Assembly (NCBI GenBank): GCA_045635705.1
Contig: JAZTWE010000006.1
Span: 1 to 47,534, forward strand
DNA: 47,534 nucleotides
From: Candidatus Enterousia sp.
GTDB lineage: Bacteria > Pseudomonadota > Alphaproteobacteria > Rs-D84
Direction of reading: 5' to 3'
In this document: one piece after another, positions 1-8,511 of the stretch
Layout of the letters: each line of letters begins with the position of its first letter
Position numbering within the stretch: position 1 is the stretch's first letter
The notes under the pieces: generated by a model
Told to the model about the DNA's origin: nothing
Databases searched by the model: none
Seen by the model: the letters and a program-made list of their open reading frames with translations, nothing else
Program-made: the position numbers and the translations under genes

Positions 1-1
1 T

Positions 2-184
2 GGCTCACAGAACGACATGGCTACGATCCGACTTGTTGCCGCGTACTTGCAGGGCCAGGGTGTGGCCCAATCGCGTTTTGAAATAATCGGTATGGGTTCG
101 TCGAATCCAATTGCGTCCAACAGTACTGTTGATGGTCGTGCCCAAAACAGACGCGTTGAAATCAAGATTATTCCAAATAAATAA
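2..184 (+). CDS. OmpA-family (OmpA_C/MotB-like) peptidoglycan-binding protein, C-terminal fragment; 5' end outside window
   Basis: Frame 2 reads ...FEIIGMGSSNPIASNSTVDGRAQNRRVEIKIIPNK, then TAA at 182-184. The ...G-R-A-x-N-R-R-V-E-I ending is the classic OmpA C-terminal signature. Confidence 0.8.
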   Translation, partial: GSQNDMATIRLVAAYLQGQGVAQSRFEIIGMGSSNPIASNSTVDGRAQNRRVEIKIIPNK

Positions 185-210
185 AAAATCCCGCTTCGGC
201 GGGATTTTTA
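185..210 (+). terminator. Rho-independent terminator
   Basis: A-tract, stem ATCCCGC / loop TTCG / stem GCGGGAT, then T-run, immediately after the stop codon. Confidence 0.8.
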
Positions 211-231
211 TTTATTCGTGCAAATTCACGC

Positions 232-369
232 TTGCTAAAAATGGTGCAATGCGTTAGAATACAAGGCGTAGAAAAGAAAAAACAATGCCGAAAAAAATGG
301 GACGATTTTCCGCGGCATAATTTTTTTTGAAAAAATCCCTGAAATCTGCATTTTTTATTCCCCCTTTTT
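232..369 (+). promoter_or_regulatory. Conserved expression cassette, copy 1: sigma70-like promoter plus about 105-nt leader containing an 11-codon uORF
   Basis: TTGCTA (232-237), N17, TAGAAT (255-260). uORF ATG 285 to TAA 320 encodes MPKKMGRFSAA. The leader from about 275 to 369 is almost identical to 14545-14639 and to the reverse complement of 27099-27193. Confidence 0.6.
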
Positions 370-1401
370 ATGCCGAATCTAATCGTCGGGTTGGGTGCAG
401 TTTTTTTGATAATATGCTCAATAACAAGTGTGTCGTATGGTGCAAGCAGGCCATCGTGTGTACATTGTTCTTCGTCTAGCTTGGGGGGCGAGAATAGCTG
501 TCATTCAGCGGGTTGGAATAGTAATGTGGGTGCCTTTTATGGCTATGATGATAGTTGTCATTGTATTGCAAGTCCTAACATTAATTGTGTCATAAGTAAT
601 CACGATACCGTGGTTTATTCAGTAAAGGAATGTTATGAAGATTCTGACTGTGGTACAGGAAAAGCGTGTCTTTCCAATAAGTGTGAATCAAAAACTACTT
701 CTTGTAGCTACAAGGATACAGATTGGACCACCAGTGGCAGTGTACAAACAAAAGTAGCTGGCAGTTATAATTCTTCTTCTGGTAGTTGTGTTTACACTAC
801 TTATGTTCGATGTAGTTCAGCTTATTACAGTTCGGCTGGGATATCAGAAACAAGCAGTTCTTCTTCAACGGTGGCAACACTGACATCTAAGTTAGGTTGC
901 GCAAAGTGTCCTAGTTATTCGAGTTCTGTGGCTGGTTCAGATAGTATCGCAGACTGTTTGTGTAACAGTGGGTATTATATGTCCAGTAATACCTGTCAAC
1001 GTTGTCCTGCGTTTGGTCAAAGTGAGTCGTGCTATGATATTGTTTATCAGGTTTTTAATGACTATTTTGGTTGGAATGATACTGACAGATATGATAATGA
1101 TGGTATTGACACACTAGATGACTATGGTCCAGGTGTTGATGATTTTGAAGATCTTGTTAACGAGATTGGTGTTTTATTCAAAGGCGAAGAAGATTTGTGT
1201 GGGCATCTAGATTGCAGGGAAAACTACACCGGTTACACAATGATTTCGTTGATAGAAGTAATAGATAGTTATTTTGGTGTGGGGACGCAGTATGGCCTCA
1301 GTCCCCAGGGTTCAGCAGCAATATCGAAATGTTTTATTCCTGTTGGTAATTATGTAAACGATATTGGTGCTTTTACAATAACAAGTCCATGTGGTTATTA
1401 A
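370..1401 (+). CDS. Secreted cysteine-rich protein, MP(K/N)xIVGLG family member 1
   Basis: 343-aa ORF. N-terminal signal peptide MPNLIVGLGAVFLIICSITSVSYG is shared with 14640 and 27098(-). Many Cys, including C-A-K-C-P and C-Q-R-C-P modules; a Ser-rich tract; an acidic D/E-rich C-terminal half; ends ...DIGAFTITSPCGY. No SD; C/T-rich region upstream of the ATG. Confidence 0.75.
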   Translation: MPNLIVGLGAVFLIICSITSVSYGASRPSCVHCSSSSLGGENSCHSAGWNSNVGAFYGYDDSCHCIASPNINCVISNHDTVVYSVKECYEDSDCGTGKACLSNKCESKTTSCSYKDTDWTTSGSVQTKVAGSYNSSSGSCVYTTYVRCSSAYYSSAGISETSSSSSTVATLTSKLGCAKCPSYSSSVAGSDSIADCLCNSGYYMSSNTCQRCPAFGQSESCYDIVYQVFNDYFGWNDTDRYDNDGIDTLDDYGPGVDDFEDLVNEIGVLFKGEEDLCGHLDCRENYTGYTMISLIEVIDSYFGVGTQYGLSPQGSAAISKCFIPVGNYVNDIGAFTITSPCGY

Positions 1402-1424
1402 AAAACCGCCGGTTGGCGGTTTTT

Positions 1425-1427
<3 letters not shown>
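1401..1427. terminator. Bidirectional rho-independent terminator between convergent genes
   Basis: AAAAA-ACCGCC-GGTT-GGCGGT-TTTTTT; overlaps the mreB stop codon (1425-1427). Confidence 0.8.
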
Positions 1428-2513
<1,086 letters not shown>

Positions 2514-2587
2514 TCACGATATTCAAAAAATCAAGGCGACCCGATAAATTTATTTGATTTATCATATATTGTGGTATTATAGCCGCT

Positions 2588-2941
2588 ATGCGAGATACAA
2601 TAAAAAATCATAATGACTTTTTAATGCCGTTGTCCAATCCGACGGCCAAGTGTGCATACTTTCTGGTTCGGACCAAATTGGCAAAGTTTACCGGTGATGC
2701 GCGTTATGGTCTGACCGCGACCAAGCGAACATTTAAGTTCGCGGTTCAGCGCAATCGTGCAAAGCGTTTATTGCGTGATTGGATTCGTCACAATCAACAC
2801 TTGTTGCGTCCTGATTGGGATTATGTTTTTATTGCCCGTCGTGATATTTTGGATGCATCACGTGACGCCGGGCGCGAGGCTATGCGCAAAGCATTGCGTT
2901 ACATCGCAAAACAAGAAATAGATGTCACAACCACAGAATAA
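2588..2941 (+). CDS. rnpA: Ribonuclease P protein component
   Basis: 117-aa basic protein with the FAVQRNRAKRLLRDWIR motif (RNR-motif region of RnpA). Followed by an overlapping yidD, as in the conserved rnpA-yidD arrangement. Confidence 0.85.
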   Translation: MRDTIKNHNDFLMPLSNPTAKCAYFLVRTKLAKFTGDARYGLTATKRTFKFAVQRNRAKRLLRDWIRHNQHLLRPDWDYVFIARRDILDASRDAGREAMRKALRYIAKQEIDVTTTE

Positions 2942-3161
2942 TATTTTTCAGAAAATTGCAATAAAAATGGTGCGGCTGTACCAGTGCGCAATTTCACCGT
3001 TTACTGGTGGTCGTGCGGCGTGTCGCTTTACACCAACATGCAGTGAATATACCCGCCAGGCAATTGAAAAATATGGTACGATACGCGGTACCATAATGGG
3101 TATTCGCCGAATTATGCGTTGTCGTCCTGGGGGCGGGTTTGGTTATGACCCTGTCCCTTGA
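2922..3161 (+). CDS. yidD: Membrane protein insertion efficiency factor YidD
   Basis: LYQCAISPFTGGRAACRFTPTCSEYTRQAIEKYGTIRG...RCRPGGGFGYDPVP is the YidD signature. Overlaps the rnpA 3' end by 20 nt. An alternative start is at 2967. Confidence 0.88.
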   Translation: MSQPQNNIFQKIAIKMVRLYQCAISPFTGGRAACRFTPTCSEYTRQAIEKYGTIRGTIMGIRRIMRCRPGGGFGYDPVP

Positions 3162-3219
3162 CAAGTCGCTTGTTTATGATAGAATTTACACTTGCAAGAT
3201 TAATTTATACAAAGGATTT

Positions 3220-3663
3220 ATGATGTCTTTTCGTGCAACCGTAGAGTCTATGTCAAAAATTATGGACGATATGGGTATTACAGAATTGGATTTAGAACGC
3301 CAGTTCTTGTTCGGTTTGTACCGCAAACACATTCACCTGTCAAAGCAAAAGGTTGCGGCCGTTGCTGCGGGTACAACAATCACGGATGCCCCTGGTGAAA
3401 AGTCTGATATGTGTGACAAGGCGATTAACGGTTATGCATTAAAATCACCAATGGTTGGTGTTGTGTACCTGGCCCCAGAACCAGGTGCTGAAACATTTGT
3501 CACCGTTGGCAAATCGGTCAAGGCGGGCGATACCGTTGCCTTGGTCGAAGCAATGAAAACATTTAACCCAATTAAGTCTGATCGCGATGGCGTTATCAAG
3601 GAAATATTGGTATCTGACGGTGCGGCGGTTGAATTTGACCAGCCATTGATTGTCATTGAATAA
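3220..3663 (+). CDS. accB: Acetyl-CoA carboxylase biotin carboxyl carrier protein
   Basis: C-terminal biotinyl domain with the EAMKTFN biotinylation motif (E-A-M-K). ORF open from 3139, but the ATG at 3220 is preceded by AAAGGA. Followed by accC. Confidence 0.88.
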   Translation: MMSFRATVESMSKIMDDMGITELDLERQFLFGLYRKHIHLSKQKVAAVAAGTTITDAPGEKSDMCDKAINGYALKSPMVGVVYLAPEPGAETFVTVGKSVKAGDTVALVEAMKTFNPIKSDRDGVIKEILVSDGAAVEFDQPLIVIE

Positions 3664-3678
3664 TTTTGGACGCGTGTT

Positions 3679-5025
3679 ATGCCACAAATAAAGAAAGTTT
3701 TAATTGCCAATCGTGGTGAAATTGCATTGCGAATCATTCGTGCGTGTCGCGATATGGGTATTCGTACGGTTGCGGTTTATTCAACTGCGGACCGCGATGC
3801 GATGCATGTCCAGTTGGCGGATGAATCTGTATGCATTGGGCCGGCCCCGGCCAAGGATTCGTATCTGAATGAATCTGCGATTTTAACAGCGGCATTATTA
3901 ACAAATGCGGATGCGATTCACCCAGGCTATGGTTTCTTGTCAGAACGCGCCGACTTTGCACGCAAGGTTGAACAGCATGACATGATTTGGATTGGCCCGT
4001 CACCTGATATGATTGAAAAAATGGGGGACAAGGTTAACGCAAAACGCACGGCGATTGAATGTGGATTGCCGGTTGTTCCTGGGTCTGATGGTGCGGTTGA
4101 AACGGTTGATGCGGCATTGGCATGCGCCGAAAAAATCGGATACCCTGTTATGTTAAAGGCGGCATCGGGTGGTGGTGGTCGTGGTATGCGCCCGGTTATG
4201 AATGCCGACGAAATGGCCGAAGCGTTTCAGATTACCCGTGCCGAAGCAAAATCGTCATTCGGTGACGACACGATTTATATTGAAAAGTTATTATTACACC
4301 CGCGCCACATTGAATTTCAGGTGCTGGGCGACCTGCATGGCAATGTTGTAATCTTTGGTGAACGCGATTGTTCGTTGCAGCGTCGTAATCAAAAAGTTAT
4401 GGAAGAATGCCCTGCGGCGGCCTTGTCGCAAAAGCAGCGCGATGACATGATTGAAATTTGCAAAACCGCGGCAAAAAAGATGGGCTATACCAACGCGGGT
4501 ACATTTGAATTTATGTTCGAAGATGGCAAATTCTATTTCCTGGAAATGAATACCAGATTACAGGTTGAACACCCCGTCACCGAAATGGTTTATGGTGTTG
4601 ACCTGGTCCGTGAACAGATTCGCGTTGCGGCGGGTGAAAAGTTGGGATATAACCAGTCTAATGTTATTCCGAACGGTCATGCGATTGAATTCCGTATCAA
4701 TGCCGAAGATTCTGAAACATTTGTTCCAAACCCTGGGACGATTTCGCTGTATGCACCATCGGGTGGTTTGGGTGTTCGTGTGGACAGTGCGGTATATACC
4801 GGCTATACAATTCCACCGACCTATGATTCAATGATTGCAAAGTTGATTGTTCATGCCCAAAACAGACCGGCGTGCATTATGCGTGCGACGCGTGCGCTGG
4901 ACGAATTTGTTATCGAGGGTGTAAAAACAACAATCCCGTTGCAGCAGAAATTGTTAAAGAACAAGGATGTAAAGCAACTGAATTTTGATAACCATTGGTT
5001 GGAAGAATTCTTGAAAAAAGAATAA
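3679..5025 (+). CDS. accC: Acetyl-CoA carboxylase biotin carboxylase subunit
   Basis: 448 aa. MPQIKKVLIANRGEIALRIIRACRDMGI..., ATP-grasp motif KAASGGGGRGMR, and EMNTRLQVEHPVTE. Confidence 0.95.
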   Translation: MPQIKKVLIANRGEIALRIIRACRDMGIRTVAVYSTADRDAMHVQLADESVCIGPAPAKDSYLNESAILTAALLTNADAIHPGYGFLSERADFARKVEQHDMIWIGPSPDMIEKMGDKVNAKRTAIECGLPVVPGSDGAVETVDAALACAEKIGYPVMLKAASGGGGRGMRPVMNADEMAEAFQITRAEAKSSFGDDTIYIEKLLLHPRHIEFQVLGDLHGNVVIFGERDCSLQRRNQKVMEECPAAALSQKQRDDMIEICKTAAKKMGYTNAGTFEFMFEDGKFYFLEMNTRLQVEHPVTEMVYGVDLVREQIRVAAGEKLGYNQSNVIPNGHAIEFRINAEDSETFVPNPGTISLYAPSGGLGVRVDSAVYTGYTIPPTYDSMIAKLIVHAQNRPACIMRATRALDEFVIEGVKTTIPLQQKLLKNKDVKQLNFDNHWLEEFLKKE

Positions 5026-5052
5026 AAAACACCGGCAGTTGCCGGTGTTTTT
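5026..5052 (+). terminator. Rho-independent terminator after accC
   Basis: CACCGGC-AGTT-GCCGGTG followed by TTTTT. Confidence 0.8.
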
Positions 5053-5060
5053 CTAAACTC

Positions 5061-5079
5061 TGGTGGGTGGTATTGGACT
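5061..5079. repeat. 19-bp direct duplication of the 3' end of tRNA-Val (att-like scar)
   Basis: TGGTGGGTGGTATTGGACT at 5061-5079 is identical to 5234-5252, which is the CCA end, acceptor arm and T arm of the tRNA on the minus strand. Confidence 0.7.
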
Positions 5080-5233
5080 GGCCTGGCGGCCGCACGGGCG
5101 CAAATCGGCGTTTGCCGACCGCGATACTGCCGTCTCGCTTTTGCTGGTTGTCGAACCAACGCTTGTTGGTTCTTGCGTCCACCACCACAATCCATAAATA
5201 AAATCCCCGGGACACGCCCGGGGCTGTTATTCA

Positions 5234-5310
5234 TGGTGGGTGGTATTGGACTCGAACCAACGACCTTTACGATGTCAACGTAACGCTCTAACCAACTGAG
5301 CTAACCACCC
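5234..5310 (-). tRNA. tRNA-Val (anticodon GAC), CCA encoded
   Basis: The reverse complement folds as a cloverleaf: GGGTGGT / GCTC-AGTTGGTTA-GAGC / TTACG-TTGACAT-CGTAA / AGGTC / GTTGG-TTCGAGT-CCAAT / ACCACCC-A-CCA. 77 nt. Confidence 0.9.
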
Positions 5311-5346
5311 GAAAAAGCCCACTGATTATAACAAAGAAAAATCAGA

Positions 5347-5553
5347 TTGCAAATGATATTTGCGATAAGATATAATACCGATTGTAATAGGGAACCTATT
5401 ATGCGAGATTAGAACTCTCGCGCGATAGTCGTCTGCGCAGACGTTAATTGCTCCAACCAATGGTTGGAGGGCGATGAATATATTGAATAGTCGCTGAGCA
5501 TACTATCGTGCAAAGTTCTAACCTCCAACCACCCTATATTCGGTGGTTTTTTT
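5347..5553 (+). ncRNA. Candidate structured RNA (sRNA or attenuator/riboswitch-like leader) with its own promoter and terminator
   Basis: TTGCAA (5347-5352), N18, TATAAT (5371-5376). There is long-range pairing TTAGAACT...AGTTCTAA and CGATAGT...ACTATCG, and internal hairpins GTCTGC-GCAGAC and CTCCAACC-AAT-GGTTGGAG (5451-5469). A second CTCCAACC (5523-5530) overlaps the terminator AACCACC-N8-GGTGGTT plus T-run (5527-5553). Confidence 0.4.
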
Positions 5554-5578
5554 GTTTAACAAAAACATGGGGGCAAAA

Positions 5579-5764
5579 ATGCGCATTGGTCAGGAAATAG
5601 AAAGTATTCGTATAAAACGCGGCTTGGCAATTATTGATATGTGCGATACCCTGGCAACCGACGAAGCCGGCTATCATCGTATTATTATTGGCCGGGACCG
5701 ACCAACAATCTATCAGTTAATAATGGTAATTAACGACACGCATCACCCATTACATACAATATAA
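5579..5764 (+). CDS. Small XRE/Cro-type helix-turn-helix protein
   Basis: MRIGQEIESIRIKRGLAIIDMCDTLATDEAGYHRIIIGRDRPTIYQLIMV... matches the Cro/C1 HTH layout. ORF open from 5543, but that part overlaps the terminator; a GGGGG run lies 5-9 nt before the ATG at 5579. Confidence 0.55.
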   Translation: MRIGQEIESIRIKRGLAIIDMCDTLATDEAGYHRIIIGRDRPTIYQLIMVINDTHHPLHTI

Positions 5765-5791
5765 AAAAACCGGCAATTGCCGGCTTTTTTC
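5763..5791. terminator. Bidirectional terminator
   Basis: AAAAAAA-CCGGC-AATT-GCCGG-CTTTTTT between convergent genes. Confidence 0.75.
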
Positions 5792-6388
5792 TTATAATAA
5801 ACACGCCAGTGTCGCGCTGGTGTTTTTCAGCATAAACCATCCAATTCTGTAATCTGTGGCATACACGGTTAAAACAAATAACGCCAATATTCCGATAACC
5901 AGTATCACACTGCCGCGTTTTCCACGCATACAGTACAACGAAATATTATAGAACAAGAATAATACATACGCGTCGACCAACATACTGATAATCCACATTG
6001 AAGTGCAATTAAATGCCAACGCATTCACAACCAGTATTACCGGATACATAAAGAATATCGATGCCAATCCCTTGACCGCGATTTCCCAGTCGCGTTCACC
6101 ACCTGTAATTTCGGACACCAGCATCATCAGCCCGCCCATAACAAACAGCAGTGTCACCGCCAGCACAGGCACAATAATAATCGCCGTGAATATTGCGCCA
6201 ATTGTTATTGTTGCGCCACCCATCAGACGAATCAGCAACACCAATATTCCGCCAATCAGACCATAAATAAACGCCTTTAACATTGATTCTTCCATATTGC
6301 CATCGGCGACGATTTTTGTAAAAAAGCGTTTAGGGTTAATAATAACATTTTTAATATGCTGAAATGCTTTCTTAAATTTTTTTATCAT
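5792..6388 (-). CDS. Multi-pass inner-membrane protein, Yip1-domain-like
   Basis: 198 aa. A polar N-terminus (NPKRFFTKIV...) is followed by about 5 hydrophobic helices, resembling the bacterial YIP1 family. Assignment by pattern only. Confidence 0.5.
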   Translation of the reverse strand: MIKKFKKAFQHIKNVIINPKRFFTKIVADGNMEESMLKAFIYGLIGGILVLLIRLMGGATITIGAIFTAIIIVPVLAVTLLFVMGGLMMLVSEITGGERDWEIAVKGLASIFFMYPVILVVNALAFNCTSMWIISMLVDAYVLFLFYNISLYCMRGKRGSVILVIGILALFVLTVYATDYRIGWFMLKNTSATLACLL

Positions 6389-6444
6389 AATTGCAACCCC
6401 TGGTTTGATTATTTATATTTTTGCTTTATAATTACAAAAAATCA

Positions 6445-7797
6445 ATGGAAAAAGTGATGATAAAAATAACAATTGCTGGGCGTCCTAATACGGGTAAGTC
6501 CACATTATTTAATGCACTGACTGGGACGCGCGATGCGCTGGTGCACGATCGTCCGGGTGTCACACGTGATACTATTGGTGGCACATTTCGTGACCGCCCG
6601 TATCAGTTGTTGGATACCGCCGGCTTGGAAAATGCCAAGAATGGAATCGCACTGGATTCAACGAATATGGCGATTGATGCAATTATGTCTGCGGATGCGG
6701 TGTTGTTTGTGGTTGATGGCCGTGTTGGATTGACTAACGAAGATTTAGACTGGGCCCGCCTGGTTCGTCGCAAGACCCGCGCCCCTGTGTTGCTGTTGGT
6801 GAACAAGACAGAATCTGCCAAGCGACTGACTAATATTCATGATTTTTATAAATTGGGCTTTGGTGAACCGACCCTAATATCGGCAGAACACAAAACTGGT
6901 TTTGATAAAATCTATGAATTTTTGGACGAAATTGCGGGCGATACGGCTGATATGCCAGCCGCACCAACATTGCGTGATGATACGCGTATCAAGATTGCAG
7001 TTTTGGGCCAGCCAAATGTCGGCAAATCTACATTCGTAAATCGTGTTTTGGGCCAGCAAAAGCAAATCGTTCGCGATGCCCCGGGCATAACGCGCGATAC
7101 GGTTAAAATCCCAACCAAGTTCTATGGCCGTGATATTATTTTGATGGATACGGCCGGCCTGCGTCGCAAGGCAGGGGTCACCGATGATGTTGAAACATTG
7201 TCGGCGTTAAAGTCCTTGGATGCGATTGAAAAATCTGATGTTGTTATATTGATGGTTGACGCGACCCGTAATATTGAAAACCAGGCATTGGGGATTGCGG
7301 CGCGTGTATACAACGCGGGCAAGATTTTATGTGTTGCCTTGAACAAGTGGGATTTGGTTGAGCCTGAAATTCGCGATGAAAAACTGTTAAAGTTAAAGCA
7401 TCAGTTTTCAAATTCATTTCATCAAATTATTAAACCAATGATATTGGCGATTTCTGCGGAAAAGGGCACAGGTGTACAAAATATGTTCAAACGCATCTAT
7501 GAACAGTGGGACATTTCTTCGGCCCAGGCACCAACCAGTTTGATAAACAGAATTGTTGAAAAACTGGTCGCTGAACGCCAGCCACCAATGTCGCGCCTGA
7601 AACGCCCAATGAAAATTAAGTTTGCGCGCCAAACAGGCCGCCATCCAATGCGCATAACAATCAATGTCGGTGGGGCATCTGATATCCCAGAATCATATAC
7701 GCGTTATTTGCGTCGTGGCATTGCAACGGCATTAAAATGGGAACATTTGCCTGTTGTAATTGAATATGAAAAAGCCGATAATCCATACGATGAATAA
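6445..7797 (+). CDS. der: Ribosome-biogenesis GTPase Der (EngA), tandem GTPase domains
   Basis: Two G-domains: GRPNTGKSTLFN...DTAG and GQPNVGKSTFVN...DTAGLRR, each with NKxD (NKTE/NKWD), plus a KH-like C-terminus. ORF opens at TTG 6421; ATG 6445 or 6457 is the likely start. Confidence 0.93.
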   Translation: MEKVMIKITIAGRPNTGKSTLFNALTGTRDALVHDRPGVTRDTIGGTFRDRPYQLLDTAGLENAKNGIALDSTNMAIDAIMSADAVLFVVDGRVGLTNEDLDWARLVRRKTRAPVLLLVNKTESAKRLTNIHDFYKLGFGEPTLISAEHKTGFDKIYEFLDEIAGDTADMPAAPTLRDDTRIKIAVLGQPNVGKSTFVNRVLGQQKQIVRDAPGITRDTVKIPTKFYGRDIILMDTAGLRRKAGVTDDVETLSALKSLDAIEKSDVVILMVDATRNIENQALGIAARVYNAGKILCVALNKWDLVEPEIRDEKLLKLKHQFSNSFHQIIKPMILAISAEKGTGVQNMFKRIYEQWDISSAQAPTSLINRIVEKLVAERQPPMSRLKRPMKIKFARQTGRHPMRITINVGGASDIPESYTRYLRRGIATALKWEHLPVVIEYEKADNPYDE

Positions 7798-7840
7798 CTT
7801 GGGTTAATTGGTCATCAATGGTATGCTTCAAACCATACCA

Positions 7841-7870
7841 AAATCGCCCCGTTTGGGGCGATTGTTTTTT
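7841..7870. terminator. Bidirectional terminator
   Basis: AATCGCCCC-GTTT-GGGGCGATT followed by a T-run, preceded by a second small hairpin GGTATG...CATACC. Confidence 0.75.
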
Positions 7871-7873
7871 GTC

Positions 7874-8395
7874 TTAGCGGCGGCGTTGTTTTAATTTGTA
7901 TTTTGCCGAATGTATTGTATCGATTTCTTTTTTTACATCATCCGCCCCCAGGAACAACATCTTGTTTGCCAGTGGTGTTTGTTTCCACTTGGTTCCCCAG
8001 CCGGTCAGCATCTTAATTAAGTAATCCAAGTCACAGTTTGCATAATTATTGCGCACATATTCAAGTGCCCCATGGACGGATAGCATTTCATCTTGGTGGA
8101 AACCACATTCTGTGAATGAGGGAATTTTCCCAGTTGCATACATTGCCCGAATATTGTCCCAATTTGCATATGTTTCTTTTTCCACGGGCCCCAATTGCCA
8201 TGCATAGAATTGATATTGTGCCATCGGTGATGTGTGCAGTATTCTATGCTGGCGACACCGATATGCGTATTCAATATATACCAGGTACAACAGTCGCATC
8301 AGTTTTCTGTTTTGTACACTGTCTATATTTTTAGATGACATTAATTGGCTGATTAAATACAGGGTTGTTTGATTTTTTTGATACACAGAATCCAT
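7874..8395 (-). CDS. Panacea/SocA-like (DUF4065) domain protein, solitary
   Basis: NRKLMRLLYLVYIEYAYRCRQ...YAWQLGPVEKETYANW matches the K-L-x-K-L-L-Y ... A-W-x-x-G-P-V-x-x-x-x-Y core of DUF4065 antitoxin-type domains. 173 aa, no signal peptide. Confidence 0.6.
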   Translation of the reverse strand: MDSVYQKNQTTLYLISQLMSSKNIDSVQNRKLMRLLYLVYIEYAYRCRQHRILHTSPMAQYQFYAWQLGPVEKETYANWDNIRAMYATGKIPSFTECGFHQDEMLSVHGALEYVRNNYANCDLDYLIKMLTGWGTKWKQTPLANKMLFLGADDVKKEIDTIHSAKYKLKQRRR

Positions 8396-8511
8396 AACCT
8401 TTCCTTTTTGCGATATTCAGCATAGCCCAATCGCTGAATAAAAATCAAGTATCATATTGATTTATGCAAAATATGATTTATAATTTTTGCGATAAAATCA
8501 AAGGACAAAGA

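Noticed and set aside
5080-5233. The GC-richer 154-bp segment between the tRNA-Val repeats was considered as a pseudo-tRNA or the acceptor piece of a two-piece tmRNA.
   Set aside because: - No 7-nt T-loop, D-arm or G-U acceptor pair could be built.
- Only the 19-nt 3'-end duplication is tRNA-like.
- The hairpin next to the tRNA is better explained as its terminator.
5349-5375. GCA AAT GAT ATT TGC GAT AAG ATA TAA reads ANDICDKI-stop. The start resembles alphaproteobacterial tmRNA tags (ANDN...).
   Set aside because: - It does not end in the near-universal (L/V)AA.
- It overlaps the predicted -35/-10 promoter hexamers.
- No tRNA-like acceptor or T-arm partner could be found.
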